From: Bacteroidales bacterium
Lineage (GTDB): Bacteria > Bacteroidota > Bacteroidia > Bacteroidales > UBA1715
Reading direction: 5' to 3'
Assembly (NCBI GenBank): GCA_024409235.1
Contig: JAKSUA010000002.1
Coordinates: 2,385-66,384 of the forward strand
Length of the DNA stretch: 64,000 bases
Part shown: piece after piece, positions 19,779-30,211 of the stretch
Position numbering within the stretch: the stretch's first letter is position 1
Layout of the letters: every line of letters starts with the position of its first letter
The notes under the pieces: model-generated
Seen by the model: the letters and a program-made list of their open reading frames with translations, nothing else
What the model was told of the DNA's origin: nothing
The model's database searches: none
Made by a program: the position numbers and the translations under genes

Positions 19779-21470
19779 TTATCTCACAAACTTTTGACTA
19801 TACTGTTTTCCATTCACTAAAACTGTAGCAACATATATTCCAGAGTTTAATGAAATTGGAATAGAATAATTTTCAGAGTTAGAGAATGATTTACAATAAC
19901 GAATTCTTCCTAATTCATCAGTTATTATAAGTTCACAAATATCTTTAACATCTGCCGACCATTTAATTTCGTTTTCAATAATTTTTAATGCTTGATTCTG
20001 TAATTTAATATTTACTGCTATTATTTTACTCTCGGTAGAAGCTCCATTAAAATCAACTTGTTTCAACTTATAATAAACAACACCTGTAAAATCACAATCA
20101 TCAACATATTCATAATTTGTAATCTCCGTTGTTGTCCCCTGTCCTGATATTACATCTATTTCATTGAAATCAACACCATTAAAGGATCTACTAATCACAA
20201 AATAATCATTATTTGTTTCTGAAGCAGTTTGCCATACTAATTTTACTTTTTCACCTTCAGAAATTCCATATAAACGAGTCAATTCTATTGGAAGCAATTC
20301 GCTTTTATGATTTGTATATGCATCCTCACATGAAGCAACATTATCATACGCACCATTTAAGTAAACTTTATTAGAATCTCTTACTTTTGAAATTTTAAGA
20401 AGATATTTCAATAAATCTATGAAATTATGAATAACCAAGCCATTTTCTGTTGTTAAAGATGAATTATAGCGTTTTAATTCTATTGTATAATTTCCAACAT
20501 TTACATCACCTTCGCCTTTTAAATTCAGCTCTGAAATATTTGTATTTGAAGGATTTTTTTCAACCCCATTATATGTATATTCGGAAATTATGTAATTAAA
20601 CTGAGATCCTGAGCCCATTGTAACCATATAATTTCCGCCCCCATAGTCAGCAGCATTTTTTGTTGGATTTGTACATATAGAAAAAGTTGATTTTGCTCCA
20701 AGTGTAAACTGAATCTTTTTACTTGGATCCAGATTTTTCACAAAAATACTTGAGCCTTCTTCTGTAACTGTTTTAAATGAATTCCATGTAGAAGTGTTTA
20801 TGATATCAAGAAAAGCTGATTCTTTTATATGAAGTTCTTGAACACCATGTTCTAAGGTCAGCGTTCCATCGACAATCAATTGGTCTGCATTTGTAGAAAA
20901 ACCTGACTGCATGTCAATTTTCATATTACCATCAGCAACATTAAATTTTCCCAAATGAATTTGATTATAATTAGTTGTTAGGTTTACATTATAGTTTTTT
21001 GTCTTGAATATCTCGCCATTTTGCACATTAAAATTTTCTGCATTATTTGCAACAATATTAAAAGAAGACGTTGTTGTAGCTTCAGCATATACAGTTCCTT
21101 TATTGGTAAACATGAAATCTATACCATTTTCCTGATTACAATACAAATTCACATTACTACTTCCTATTGTTAAAAAACCATTGTTTTCAATAATTCCTTT
21201 TAAAACAATATTTTGAGATGATTCAATGTTTAAAGTTCCATTTATTTTCAATTTACCTAAACGGTTATTGTTATATGCATTTAAATCAAAAACAACAGAA
21301 CTTATTGTAATATTGGCATTTTCATCTATTGTGTAAGTATTATTAAGCCCTATATTCAAAATCCCATTTGAGATATACATATTTTTATTGGCTTCTGTGA
21401 TGATTATATCAGCAGCAGTAACACGTAGCACCGTAAAAAGAACGGTTATAAAAGACACTAATTTGTTCAT
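19779..21470 (-). CDS. secreted beta-helix-like protein with T9SS C-terminal sorting domain
   Basis: 563 aa. It has a signal peptide, an N/T/G-rich repetitive N-terminal 350 aa, and an Fn3/Ig-like module (VKLVWQTASETNNDYFVISRS...YYKLKQVDFNGAS). The C-terminus ...LNSGIYVATVLVNGKQYSQKFVR is typical of a type A CTD. Confidence 0.75.
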   Translation of the reverse strand: MNKLVSFITVLFTVLRVTAADIIITEANKNMYISNGILNIGLNNTYTIDENANITISSVVFDLNAYNNNRLGKLKINGTLNIESSQNIVLKGIIENNGFLTIGSSNVNLYCNQENGIDFMFTNKGTVYAEATTTSSFNIVANNAENFNVQNGEIFKTKNYNVNLTTNYNQIHLGKFNVADGNMKIDMQSGFSTNADQLIVDGTLTLEHGVQELHIKESAFLDIINTSTWNSFKTVTEEGSSIFVKNLDPSKKIQFTLGAKSTFSICTNPTKNAADYGGGNYMVTMGSGSQFNYIISEYTYNGVEKNPSNTNISELNLKGEGDVNVGNYTIELKRYNSSLTTENGLVIHNFIDLLKYLLKISKVRDSNKVYLNGAYDNVASCEDAYTNHKSELLPIELTRLYGISEGEKVKLVWQTASETNNDYFVISRSFNGVDFNEIDVISGQGTTTEITNYEYVDDCDFTGVVYYKLKQVDFNGASTESKIIAVNIKLQNQALKIIENEIKWSADVKDICELIITDELGRIRYCKSFSNSENYSIPISLNSGIYVATVLVNGKQYSQKFVR

Positions 21471-21547
21471 AGCACTATGTATTAAAATACGTTGATATTA
21501 GAAGACATTTAAAATAAGAAAAATGTTACATAGAAACTTCAATATCA

Positions 21548-21555
21548 TATATTTG
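21548..21555 (+). promoter_or_regulatory. candidate -7 box only 5 nt before the ATG (leaderless mRNA?)
   Basis: TATATTTG at 21548-21555 is an exact TAnnTTTG match. The ATG is at 21561. Confidence 0.4.
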
Positions 21556-21560
21556 CACAC

Positions 21561-21884
21561 ATGAATAATTTTCAGCAACAAGTTTTTTCAATTGTACGAC
21601 AAATTCCTCGCGGTAAAGTTGCAACATACGGACAAATAGCCGTGTTATTAGGAAAGCCTGGTGCTTGTCAGGCAATTGGTAATGCACTTCATTCCAACAC
21701 AAACGGAGATATAGTTCCCTGTCATCGTGTTGTGAACCAAAAAGGACAAACTGCAAGTAATTATAAATTTGGTGGTCCCGATGCGCAACGGAAAAGATTA
21801 GAAAAAGAAGGCATTGCTTTTACAAACAATGCCATCAATTTATCAATATTTCAGTGGGATCCTAATTTAGATAATAATCAATAG
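21561..21884 (+). CDS. MGMT-family protein (methylated-DNA--protein-cysteine methyltransferase DNA-binding/active-site domain only)
   Basis: 107 aa. The active-site context PCHRVV keeps the acceptor Cys. There is no N-terminal Ada/Ogt domain. Confidence 0.8.
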   Translation: MNNFQQQVFSIVRQIPRGKVATYGQIAVLLGKPGACQAIGNALHSNTNGDIVPCHRVVNQKGQTASNYKFGGPDAQRKRLEKEGIAFTNNAINLSIFQWDPNLDNNQ

Positions 21885-22569
21885 TTGTTACAACGCGGAC
21901 AGTTTTAATATAAGGCGTGTTATCATCCCTATCATAAATAGAAAATTGTCCTTGGTTTGCATACTTTATTTTCCCCAATTCCGATTTAGAATCAGACGCA
22001 AACTTTTCTGCAACAACACGTGCATTTTTTGTAGCTTCTTCTATCATCTGAGGTTTCAATTCATTTAGTCCGGTAAACTCAAAAGTTGGCATATTCCCCT
22101 CCCAAGACTCACCTGCAGCAATAGCTACACCTTGTTTCAACAATTCCTCCTGCGAAGACATTAATTCTCTAATCAAATTAACCTTATTCGACGTAACGGT
22201 TATGGTTTTTGTCACTTGATAACGTGTTGATATATTGTCACTTGAATATCTTTCTGCTTGACGGTCATATACACTTGTTGCAGACATGCTAATTTCATCT
22301 TCTTTTATGCCATTTTTCTTTAAAAAAGCCTTCACTTTATTCGTTTTTGTAGTCATCATATCATACAAATCGGACAAATCATTTCCTACATCTTTCAGAG
22401 AAATAGGCCACACAACTTTATCAGCCGGAACTTCACGTTCTGCCAAACCTTTTACACTAACATAACTATCTTTTTGTGCAAAATTCTCTATGGCATTTTT
22501 CATTAAAACACCAAATCCAAGTAATCCACACATCAGCAGCAAAGCTGCTGGAATTCTCGCTTTATCCAT
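21862..22569 (-). CDS. SIMPL (DUF541) domain protein, membrane-anchored
   Basis: 235 aa. An N-terminal anchor helix is followed by YVSVKGLAEREVPADKV... and a C-terminal NARVVAEKFA region, as in SIMPL/YggE-like proteins. Confidence 0.75.
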   Translation of the reverse strand: MDKARIPAALLLMCGLLGFGVLMKNAIENFAQKDSYVSVKGLAEREVPADKVVWPISLKDVGNDLSDLYDMMTTKTNKVKAFLKKNGIKEDEISMSATSVYDRQAERYSSDNISTRYQVTKTITVTSNKVNLIRELMSSQEELLKQGVAIAAGESWEGNMPTFEFTGLNELKPQMIEEATKNARVVAEKFASDSKSELGKIKYANQGQFSIYDRDDNTPYIKTVRVVTTIDYYLN

Positions 22570-22581
22570 AACTTTATCTTT

Positions 22582-24276
22582 TTATTTATAAAATGAATAT
22601 TCTTTATCTAACACATTATGACATAAATCCTCCAAAACTATTCTCAAAGAATGACTCTTTCCAAACTCCATTTTATCCTTATCGAACCATAAGAAAACAG
22701 CCCCGCTTTTAGCATCATAATCAAGTATTTGCCATACTCCATCTATATAAGCGTTGTATTTTCCTACTCCAGAATAATTGTCACTCATTTTAAACAGAAT
22801 ATACTTTTGATCAGTCATATCTGCAAGTTTCTCCTGACTTATTTTTATGCTTGGAGCTACCGTATCAACAACAACAGCAAACTTTCCACCTGTTTTTACA
22901 AAAGCATGAGCACGTCCCTCATCGTCAAACTTAGTCATAATAGGAGTTTTTCGCGCACAATTTTCAATTATTCCCTTTCCTTTCAAACTGTCAGGTAAAG
23001 AATATGGTATAATAATTTCCGCCGCTTTTTTGAAAATAACCTGATCTGTTTCAACTTTATATACAGGTGAGTAATAGCGTTTTTTCACATTTGAAGTATC
23101 AACAGTTACATTAAAGGTAAAATCACTGAAAAATGTTTTTTCTTTAGCTTTAAACTGGAAGTTTTCATAAGTATAAGTAAAAGTATCAGAGCAGCTAAAC
23201 TTCTTCTCCGACGACATTGTTTTTATATCCAAAGAATCGACAAATTTCTGTTGTAACGACAATAAAATGGAAGCTGCATTACCCTTAAAATCAGTTACAC
23301 GAATTTCACATTGTGCATATTCTTTATCTGTAGTCTGATAAATTCCTTGATTATTCAATTTAGTATAAATCTCAAGTTCATTATTTGGTTCCACAAACAT
23401 TCGTTCATAATTACGTTTTGAAACAAGCCGTTCTTCATAGTCAATCAGACTATTTATATCAGCAGTTGTCGAGAAATCAATTTCATCGATTTTCCTCGAA
23501 TAAATTGTCTGATTATCACAAGTTAAGGTTGTCGTATAAAAGCCATAGATGTTTGTCATTTCAGGCATATAATCATATCCTTGAACAGAAAAGCCAATAT
23601 TTCCCCAAACTATTACAGGAGAATTAATTACATATACCCCATTTCCTTTCGAAACAACATCATACAACTTTTTTTTCTGTTTATGATTCACGAAACTATT
23701 GCTATCCATCGGATAAATTCCAATTCTATGAATCTTAGGAGCCACGTTATCCCGAATATCGTAGAACAACATTGGATTTAAAGCATGCTGATTCTCTGTT
23801 TTTCTTATTTCAAAATGTAAATGAGGACCACCAGAACTTCCCGTATTTCCTGACAAAGCAATCTGCTGTCCTTGCGAAACCGGCAGTTGTTCCGGTTTAA
23901 AACTTATATCCACCGTATGTACTTTCTTTTCATATTGATACGCTCTAACAAGAGAATCCACACGTGATTCAAATGATTTTAGATGTGCATAAACAGACGT
24001 ATAGCCACTTGGATGATTTACATAAAGCACATGACCATATCCCGTCGGTGAAATCTGTACTCGGGAAATATAACCCGTATCAACAGCACGCACGACCTTA
24101 CCCTCAACTTTCTCGGTTTTCATATCCAATCCCGAATGAAAATGGTTCGGACGTAATTCCCCAAAATTTGCAGCCAAATACGTAGGTCTTACATCTAAAG
24201 GATAAATAAATTTCTGTGCAAAAAGTATATTTATAAAAAATACTGCACCAATTGTCGCTATAATCTTCTGCTTCAT
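22582..24276 (-). CDS. M23 family metallopeptidase
   Basis: 564 aa. It has a signal peptide, an HSGLD (HxxxD) motif and GNTGSSGGPHLHFEIR (HxH). Confidence 0.85.
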   Translation of the reverse strand: MKQKIIATIGAVFFINILFAQKFIYPLDVRPTYLAANFGELRPNHFHSGLDMKTEKVEGKVVRAVDTGYISRVQISPTGYGHVLYVNHPSGYTSVYAHLKSFESRVDSLVRAYQYEKKVHTVDISFKPEQLPVSQGQQIALSGNTGSSGGPHLHFEIRKTENQHALNPMLFYDIRDNVAPKIHRIGIYPMDSNSFVNHKQKKKLYDVVSKGNGVYVINSPVIVWGNIGFSVQGYDYMPEMTNIYGFYTTTLTCDNQTIYSRKIDEIDFSTTADINSLIDYEERLVSKRNYERMFVEPNNELEIYTKLNNQGIYQTTDKEYAQCEIRVTDFKGNAASILLSLQQKFVDSLDIKTMSSEKKFSCSDTFTYTYENFQFKAKEKTFFSDFTFNVTVDTSNVKKRYYSPVYKVETDQVIFKKAAEIIIPYSLPDSLKGKGIIENCARKTPIMTKFDDEGRAHAFVKTGGKFAVVVDTVAPSIKISQEKLADMTDQKYILFKMSDNYSGVGKYNAYIDGVWQILDYDAKSGAVFLWFDKDKMEFGKSHSLRIVLEDLCHNVLDKEYSFYK

Positions 24277-24385
24277 CTAAACTCCTAAAAATTACTCACT
24301 TGCGAAAATATCTTGAATTTTGTTTCCCTGCAAATGAAGATATGAACGAATTACAAACAAAACATTGCGAATAAAAGTAAAGTCT

Positions 24386-24393
24386 TATTTTTG
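24386..24393 (+). promoter_or_regulatory. candidate -7 box for the ABC exporter gene
   Basis: TATTTTTG, 14 nt before the ATG at 24408. Confidence 0.4.
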
Positions 24394-24407
24394 TAAAAAA
24401 TTCAAAA

Positions 24408-26228
24408 ATGAGCGATTTCAAAAAACTTTGGAAATACCTTTCCCGATATAAAAAAAGCCTTGTATTAGTTTTTATTTTCAACCTTTTTGGGGCAATATTC
24501 TCGTTTGGAATGATTGCGGCAATAATTCCATTTCTTAACATATTATTCGACAACACACAACAGGTTCATGAAATACCAGAAACGTTTGTTCTAACTAAAG
24601 ACTCGCTTCAACTTTACCTAAATTACTACATGACAATGGTTATTGAACGCTGGGACAAATCTATTGCACTGGTTTTCATCTGTTTATTCCTTATCGCAAT
24701 TACCTTCCTTAAAGATATTTTTGAATATTTAGGTAAGTATTTCAATATTCCTATTGTAAATGGCGTTCCAAGAGACATTTACAACACTGCATACCGTAAA
24801 ATTCTTAACTTACCTGTATTTTTCTTCACAAACGAACGAAAAGGCGATATTATGTCGAGAATGTCATCAGATATTACCATCGTACGTACAAGTATGAATT
24901 CATTCATTGATTTGATAAAAAACCCACTTTATATTATTGTTTACTTCATCGGCATTGTAATAATCAGCTATAAAATGACGATGATTGTATTTGTGCTATT
25001 ACCATTCATGGGAATTGTTACAGGAAAAATTGGCAAAAGCCTTAAACGTTCCACTAATAAGACTCAAAAATTACAAGGCGATATATTAGTATATATTGAT
25101 GAGACATTATCCGGACTAAAAGTTGTTAAGATTTTTAATGGAGCAAAACAAATGCTCAAAAAATTTGAAAAAGGAAGCAACGCACATTATAGAGAAATGA
25201 ACAGAGCTAACCGTAAAAGCAGTTTGGCTCACCCACTTACCGACTTTCTTATTGTCATAATCCTTTCTATTGCAATATTTTCTGGGGGTAAACTCGTTCT
25301 TGCAGATGACGGTGGACTATCGGCTGAAGCTTTTATAGCATTTGTTTTAGCTTTCACACAAATAGCAAGTCCTGCAAAATCATTTACATCTGCATTCTAC
25401 AATATAAAACAAGGTGCGGCAGGAATAGACCGAATTGAAATGATTATAAATGCAGAAGCTAAAGTTGCAGAAAAAGCTGATGCAAAAGAAATAAAATCAT
25501 TCTCTCAATCTATTGATTTAAACCACATTACATTCGGATATAATTCAGAAAGAACTATATTAAAAGATGTTTCTTTTTCCATTCCTAAAGGTGCTTCTGT
25601 TGCACTTGTTGGACAATCAGGTTCGGGAAAAACAACTATCGCAAACTTAATTCCAAGATTCTACGAGCCACAACAGGGAAATATCACAATTGACGGAATT
25701 TCCATTAATGATTATAAATTGTCTGATTTACGAAGTCTTATAGGAATTGTAACTCAGGAGTCTCTCCTTTTCAACGACACTGTATTTAACAACATTGCCT
25801 TCGGCATTGAAAATCCTGACAAAGAGAAAGTTATTGAAGCGGCGAAACTTGCCAATGCACACGATTTTATTATGGAAATGGAAAATGGTTACGAAACAAA
25901 CATTGGTGACCAAGGTGGCAAAATTTCCGGTGGACAACGTCAACGTTTATGTATTGCAAGAGCTATTATGAAAAATCCAGAAATACTTATTCTTGACGAA
26001 GCCACATCAGCACTTGACACAGAATCAGAAAGATTGGTACAAGAAGCCTTGTCAAATCTTATGAAAGATAGAACTTCATTAGTTATCGCCCACCGACTTT
26101 CAACAATTAAAAATTCTGATTTAATTATCGTTATGAACGAAGGCAGAATCGTGGAATCCGGGAAACATGAAGAATTAATTACATTAAACGGAGCTTACAA
26201 ACGTCTGCACGATTTGCAGTTAATTTAA
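24408..26228 (+). CDS. ABC exporter, fused permease/ATPase (MsbA-like)
   Basis: 606 aa with a six-helix N-terminal domain. Motifs: Walker A GQSGSGKTT, signature ISGGQRQR, Walker B ILILDEATSALD, H-loop VIAHRLST. Confidence 0.9.
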   Translation: MSDFKKLWKYLSRYKKSLVLVFIFNLFGAIFSFGMIAAIIPFLNILFDNTQQVHEIPETFVLTKDSLQLYLNYYMTMVIERWDKSIALVFICLFLIAITFLKDIFEYLGKYFNIPIVNGVPRDIYNTAYRKILNLPVFFFTNERKGDIMSRMSSDITIVRTSMNSFIDLIKNPLYIIVYFIGIVIISYKMTMIVFVLLPFMGIVTGKIGKSLKRSTNKTQKLQGDILVYIDETLSGLKVVKIFNGAKQMLKKFEKGSNAHYREMNRANRKSSLAHPLTDFLIVIILSIAIFSGGKLVLADDGGLSAEAFIAFVLAFTQIASPAKSFTSAFYNIKQGAAGIDRIEMIINAEAKVAEKADAKEIKSFSQSIDLNHITFGYNSERTILKDVSFSIPKGASVALVGQSGSGKTTIANLIPRFYEPQQGNITIDGISINDYKLSDLRSLIGIVTQESLLFNDTVFNNIAFGIENPDKEKVIEAAKLANAHDFIMEMENGYETNIGDQGGKISGGQRQRLCIARAIMKNPEILILDEATSALDTESERLVQEALSNLMKDRTSLVIAHRLSTIKNSDLIIVMNEGRIVESGKHEELITLNGAYKRLHDLQLI

Positions 26229-26251
26229 CAACTCGAATAAAATTAAAACAT

Positions 26252-26287
26252 AAAAAAACGGATAAGAAGAATTTCTTATCCGTTTTT
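26252..26287. terminator. bidirectional intrinsic terminator between convergent ABC genes
   Basis: A7-CGGATAAGAA-gaat-TTCTTATCCG-T5. The stem is 26259-26268 / 26273-26282. Confidence 0.8.
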
Positions 26288-26310
26288 ATTTTCATCATGT
26301 TTCTTATTAC

Positions 26311-27939
<1,629 letters not shown>

Positions 27940-27971
27940 TTACAGTCTTGCGACTGTGGTTTTCTTTTCTG

Positions 27972-27979
27972 CAAAAATA
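27972..27979 (-). promoter_or_regulatory. candidate -7 box for the ABC-F gene
   Basis: The + strand CAAAAATA is the reverse complement of TATTTTTG. It lies 45 nt upstream of the ATG at 27927. Confidence 0.35.
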
Positions 27980-28030
27980 CTCTTTTTTTATTTATGCTCA
28001 AAACAAGAGATTCTCATCTATTACCTTTTA

Positions 28031-28068
28031 AAACAAAAAACGCCTTGAAGAAATTCTCCAAGGCGTTT
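28031..28068 (-). terminator. intrinsic terminator of rpsA
   Basis: AAACGCCTTG (28038-28047) pairs with CAAGGCGTTT (28059-28068). On the minus strand the hairpin is followed by TTTTTGTTTT. It begins 24 nt after the rpsA stop. Confidence 0.75.
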
Positions 28069-28091
28069 AATATTAAACTAATTAAGAATAA

Positions 28092-30026
28092 CTATTTGTT
28101 TTCTTTTTCAGCTTTAGACATTTCTGATTTCAATTTTGCTAAATCAGTAACATCACCTAAAGTTGTTTTTTCCAAGTTGTCGCTAACTTTCTTCATTGCT
28201 TTCTTAGTAGAAGTAGCTTTTGCTTGTTTTTCGTTTTCTTCAGCAACTTTCTTTTCGTCTTCGAAAGTTCTTGTGTGAGAAACGAAGATTTTCTTAGCAT
28301 CTTTAGAGAATTCAGTTACCTTGAAGTTCAATTTTTCATCAACTTTTGCAGATGTACCATCTTCTTTTACAATATGGCTTACTACAGAAACACCTTCTAC
28401 ACCATAAGGAAGAGAAACTGTTACGTTCTTATCGTTGATTTCAACAATTGTACCTTCGTGAACAGAACCTACGTTAAAGATTGTTTCGAATACATCCCAA
28501 GGATTTTCTTCTAATTGTTTGTGGCCTAAGCTCAAACGACGTTGTTCTTTATCTACTTCCAATACAACAACTTCTATTGTTGAGCCAAGAGATGTAAATT
28601 CTTGTGGGTGTTTGATTTTCTTTGTCCAAGAAAGGTCAGAAATGTGAATCAAACCATCAACACCTTCTTCGATTTCTACGAAAATACCGAAGTTAGTGAA
28701 GTTTTTAACAACAGCATTGTGTTTGCTTCCTACTGAGTATTTTTCATCGATTTTTTCCCATGGATCTGGGTGAAGTTGTTTCATGCCCAAAGACATTTTT
28801 CTTTCTTCACGGTCAAGAGTCAATACAACTGCTTCAACTTCGTCACCTACTTTCAAGAATTCTTGAGCTGAACGTAAGTGTTGAGACCAAGACATTTCAG
28901 AAACGTGAATCAAACCTTCGATACCAGCAGCGATTTCCACGAATGCTCCGTAATCAGCCATAACAACTACTTTACCTTTTACTTTATCACCAACTTTCAA
29001 GTTTGGATCTAAAGCATCCCATGGATGTGGAGTTAATTGTTTCAAGCCAAGAGCGATACGTTTCTTATCGTCATCGAAGTCAAGGATAACAACGTTGATT
29101 TTTTCATCCAAAGTAACGATTTCTTCAGGATGAGTAATACGTCCCCAAGAAAGGTCTGTAATATGGATAAGACCATCAACACCACCAAGGTCGATGAATA
29201 CACCATAAGAAGTGATATTTTTAACAATACCTTCAAGTACTTGACCTTTTTCAAGTTTAGAAATGATTTCAGCTTTTTGTTGTTCAAGTTCAGCTTCGAT
29301 AAGAGCTTTGTGAGAAACAACAACGTTTTTGTATTCATTGTTGATTTTAACAACTTTGAATTCCATTGTTTTACCAACGAATACATCATAGTCACGGATT
29401 GGTTTAACGTCGATTTGAGAACCTGGCAAGAATGCTTCAATACCGAATACGTCAACGATCATACCGCCCTTAGTTCTACATTTAACGTAACCTTTAACAA
29501 CTTCACTTGCTTCAAGTGCTTGGTTAACGCGATCCCATGATTTCAAATTACGAGCTTTCTTGTGAGAAAGAAGTAATTGTCCTGATTTATCTTCTAAGCT
29601 TTCAACAAATACTTCAACTTTGTCGCCAACTTTCAAATCTGGATTGTAACGGAATTCATTAGTAGAAACAACGCCATCAGATTTGTAACCAATGTTTACA
29701 ACAACTTCACGTTTAGAAATTGAAACTACAGTACCTTCTGTAACTTCGTTTTCTGCATTTGTAGAAAGTGTTTGTTCATACTTGTTCTGCAAAGAATTTC
29801 TTTCAGCTTCAGTGTAACCGCCTTTTGATGCTTCGTAGTTGTCCCAATCGAATACATTTTGCTGAGCTTTTGCTGCAGATACGATTGAGTTGATTTCTTC
29901 ATCAGAAGCGCTATCGTCATCAGTAGTTTCTTCTACTTCGTCAACAACAGGAGCATCCAATTCAGCGTCATTGATAACGTTTTCGTTTTCAAATTCTTCG
30001 CTTTCGTTTTTTACTTTTTTTACCAT
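28092..30026 (-). CDS. rpsA: 30S ribosomal protein S1
   Basis: 644 aa. Six S1/OB repeats show the recurring G.V....fG.FV.l..g..GLiH.S. pattern. It also has an acidic N-terminal and a K/E-rich C-terminal extension. Confidence 0.95.
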   Translation of the reverse strand: MVKKVKNESEEFENENVINDAELDAPVVDEVEETTDDDSASDEEINSIVSAAKAQQNVFDWDNYEASKGGYTEAERNSLQNKYEQTLSTNAENEVTEGTVVSISKREVVVNIGYKSDGVVSTNEFRYNPDLKVGDKVEVFVESLEDKSGQLLLSHKKARNLKSWDRVNQALEASEVVKGYVKCRTKGGMIVDVFGIEAFLPGSQIDVKPIRDYDVFVGKTMEFKVVKINNEYKNVVVSHKALIEAELEQQKAEIISKLEKGQVLEGIVKNITSYGVFIDLGGVDGLIHITDLSWGRITHPEEIVTLDEKINVVILDFDDDKKRIALGLKQLTPHPWDALDPNLKVGDKVKGKVVVMADYGAFVEIAAGIEGLIHVSEMSWSQHLRSAQEFLKVGDEVEAVVLTLDREERKMSLGMKQLHPDPWEKIDEKYSVGSKHNAVVKNFTNFGIFVEIEEGVDGLIHISDLSWTKKIKHPQEFTSLGSTIEVVVLEVDKEQRRLSLGHKQLEENPWDVFETIFNVGSVHEGTIVEINDKNVTVSLPYGVEGVSVVSHIVKEDGTSAKVDEKLNFKVTEFSKDAKKIFVSHTRTFEDEKKVAEENEKQAKATSTKKAMKKVSDNLEKTTLGDVTDLAKLKSEMSKAEKENK

Positions 30027-30079
30027 TTTTCTGGTTGTTAATAGTTAGACATTATGTTAATTCGCAAAAAAATTGCGTG

Positions 30080-30112
30080 CAAAAATAACATTTATATTGA
30101 AATAGCCACAAA
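30080..30112 (-). promoter_or_regulatory. candidate rpsA promoter (TTTG-N21-TATTTTTG)
   Basis: The + strand CAAAAATA at 30080-30087 and CAAA at 30109-30112 form the two boxes. The resulting 5' UTR is about 50 nt and contains a small CGCAA-a7-TTGCG hairpin (30063-30078). Confidence 0.45.
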
Positions 30113-30138
30113 CTAAAACATTTTTTTTCTAACAACAC

Positions 30139-30168
30139 TTGAAATTATTCGAAACAAGTGTATATTTG
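30139..30168 (+). promoter_or_regulatory. candidate rpoD promoter (TTG-N19-TATATTTG)
   Basis: TATATTTG at 30161-30168 and TTG at 30139-30141. The -7 box lies 43 nt before the ATG. Confidence 0.5.
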
Positions 30169-30211
30169 CACGTTTTTTAACCCCTGTTTAGGCGAATTTT
30201 AATTTTAGAAC

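Noticed and set aside
28224-29540. Long + strand ORFs inside rpsA (28224-28514, 29037-29540). Similar antisense ORFs lie inside other genes, for example 8842-9240, 35411-35881, 36781-37284, 54349-54771 and 56217-56657.
   Set aside because: All lie antisense to, or out of frame within, genes with unmistakable family motifs. Their products are low-complexity (F/N/I/S-rich) with no motifs. I treat them as shadows of strongly codon-biased genes, not overlapping genes.
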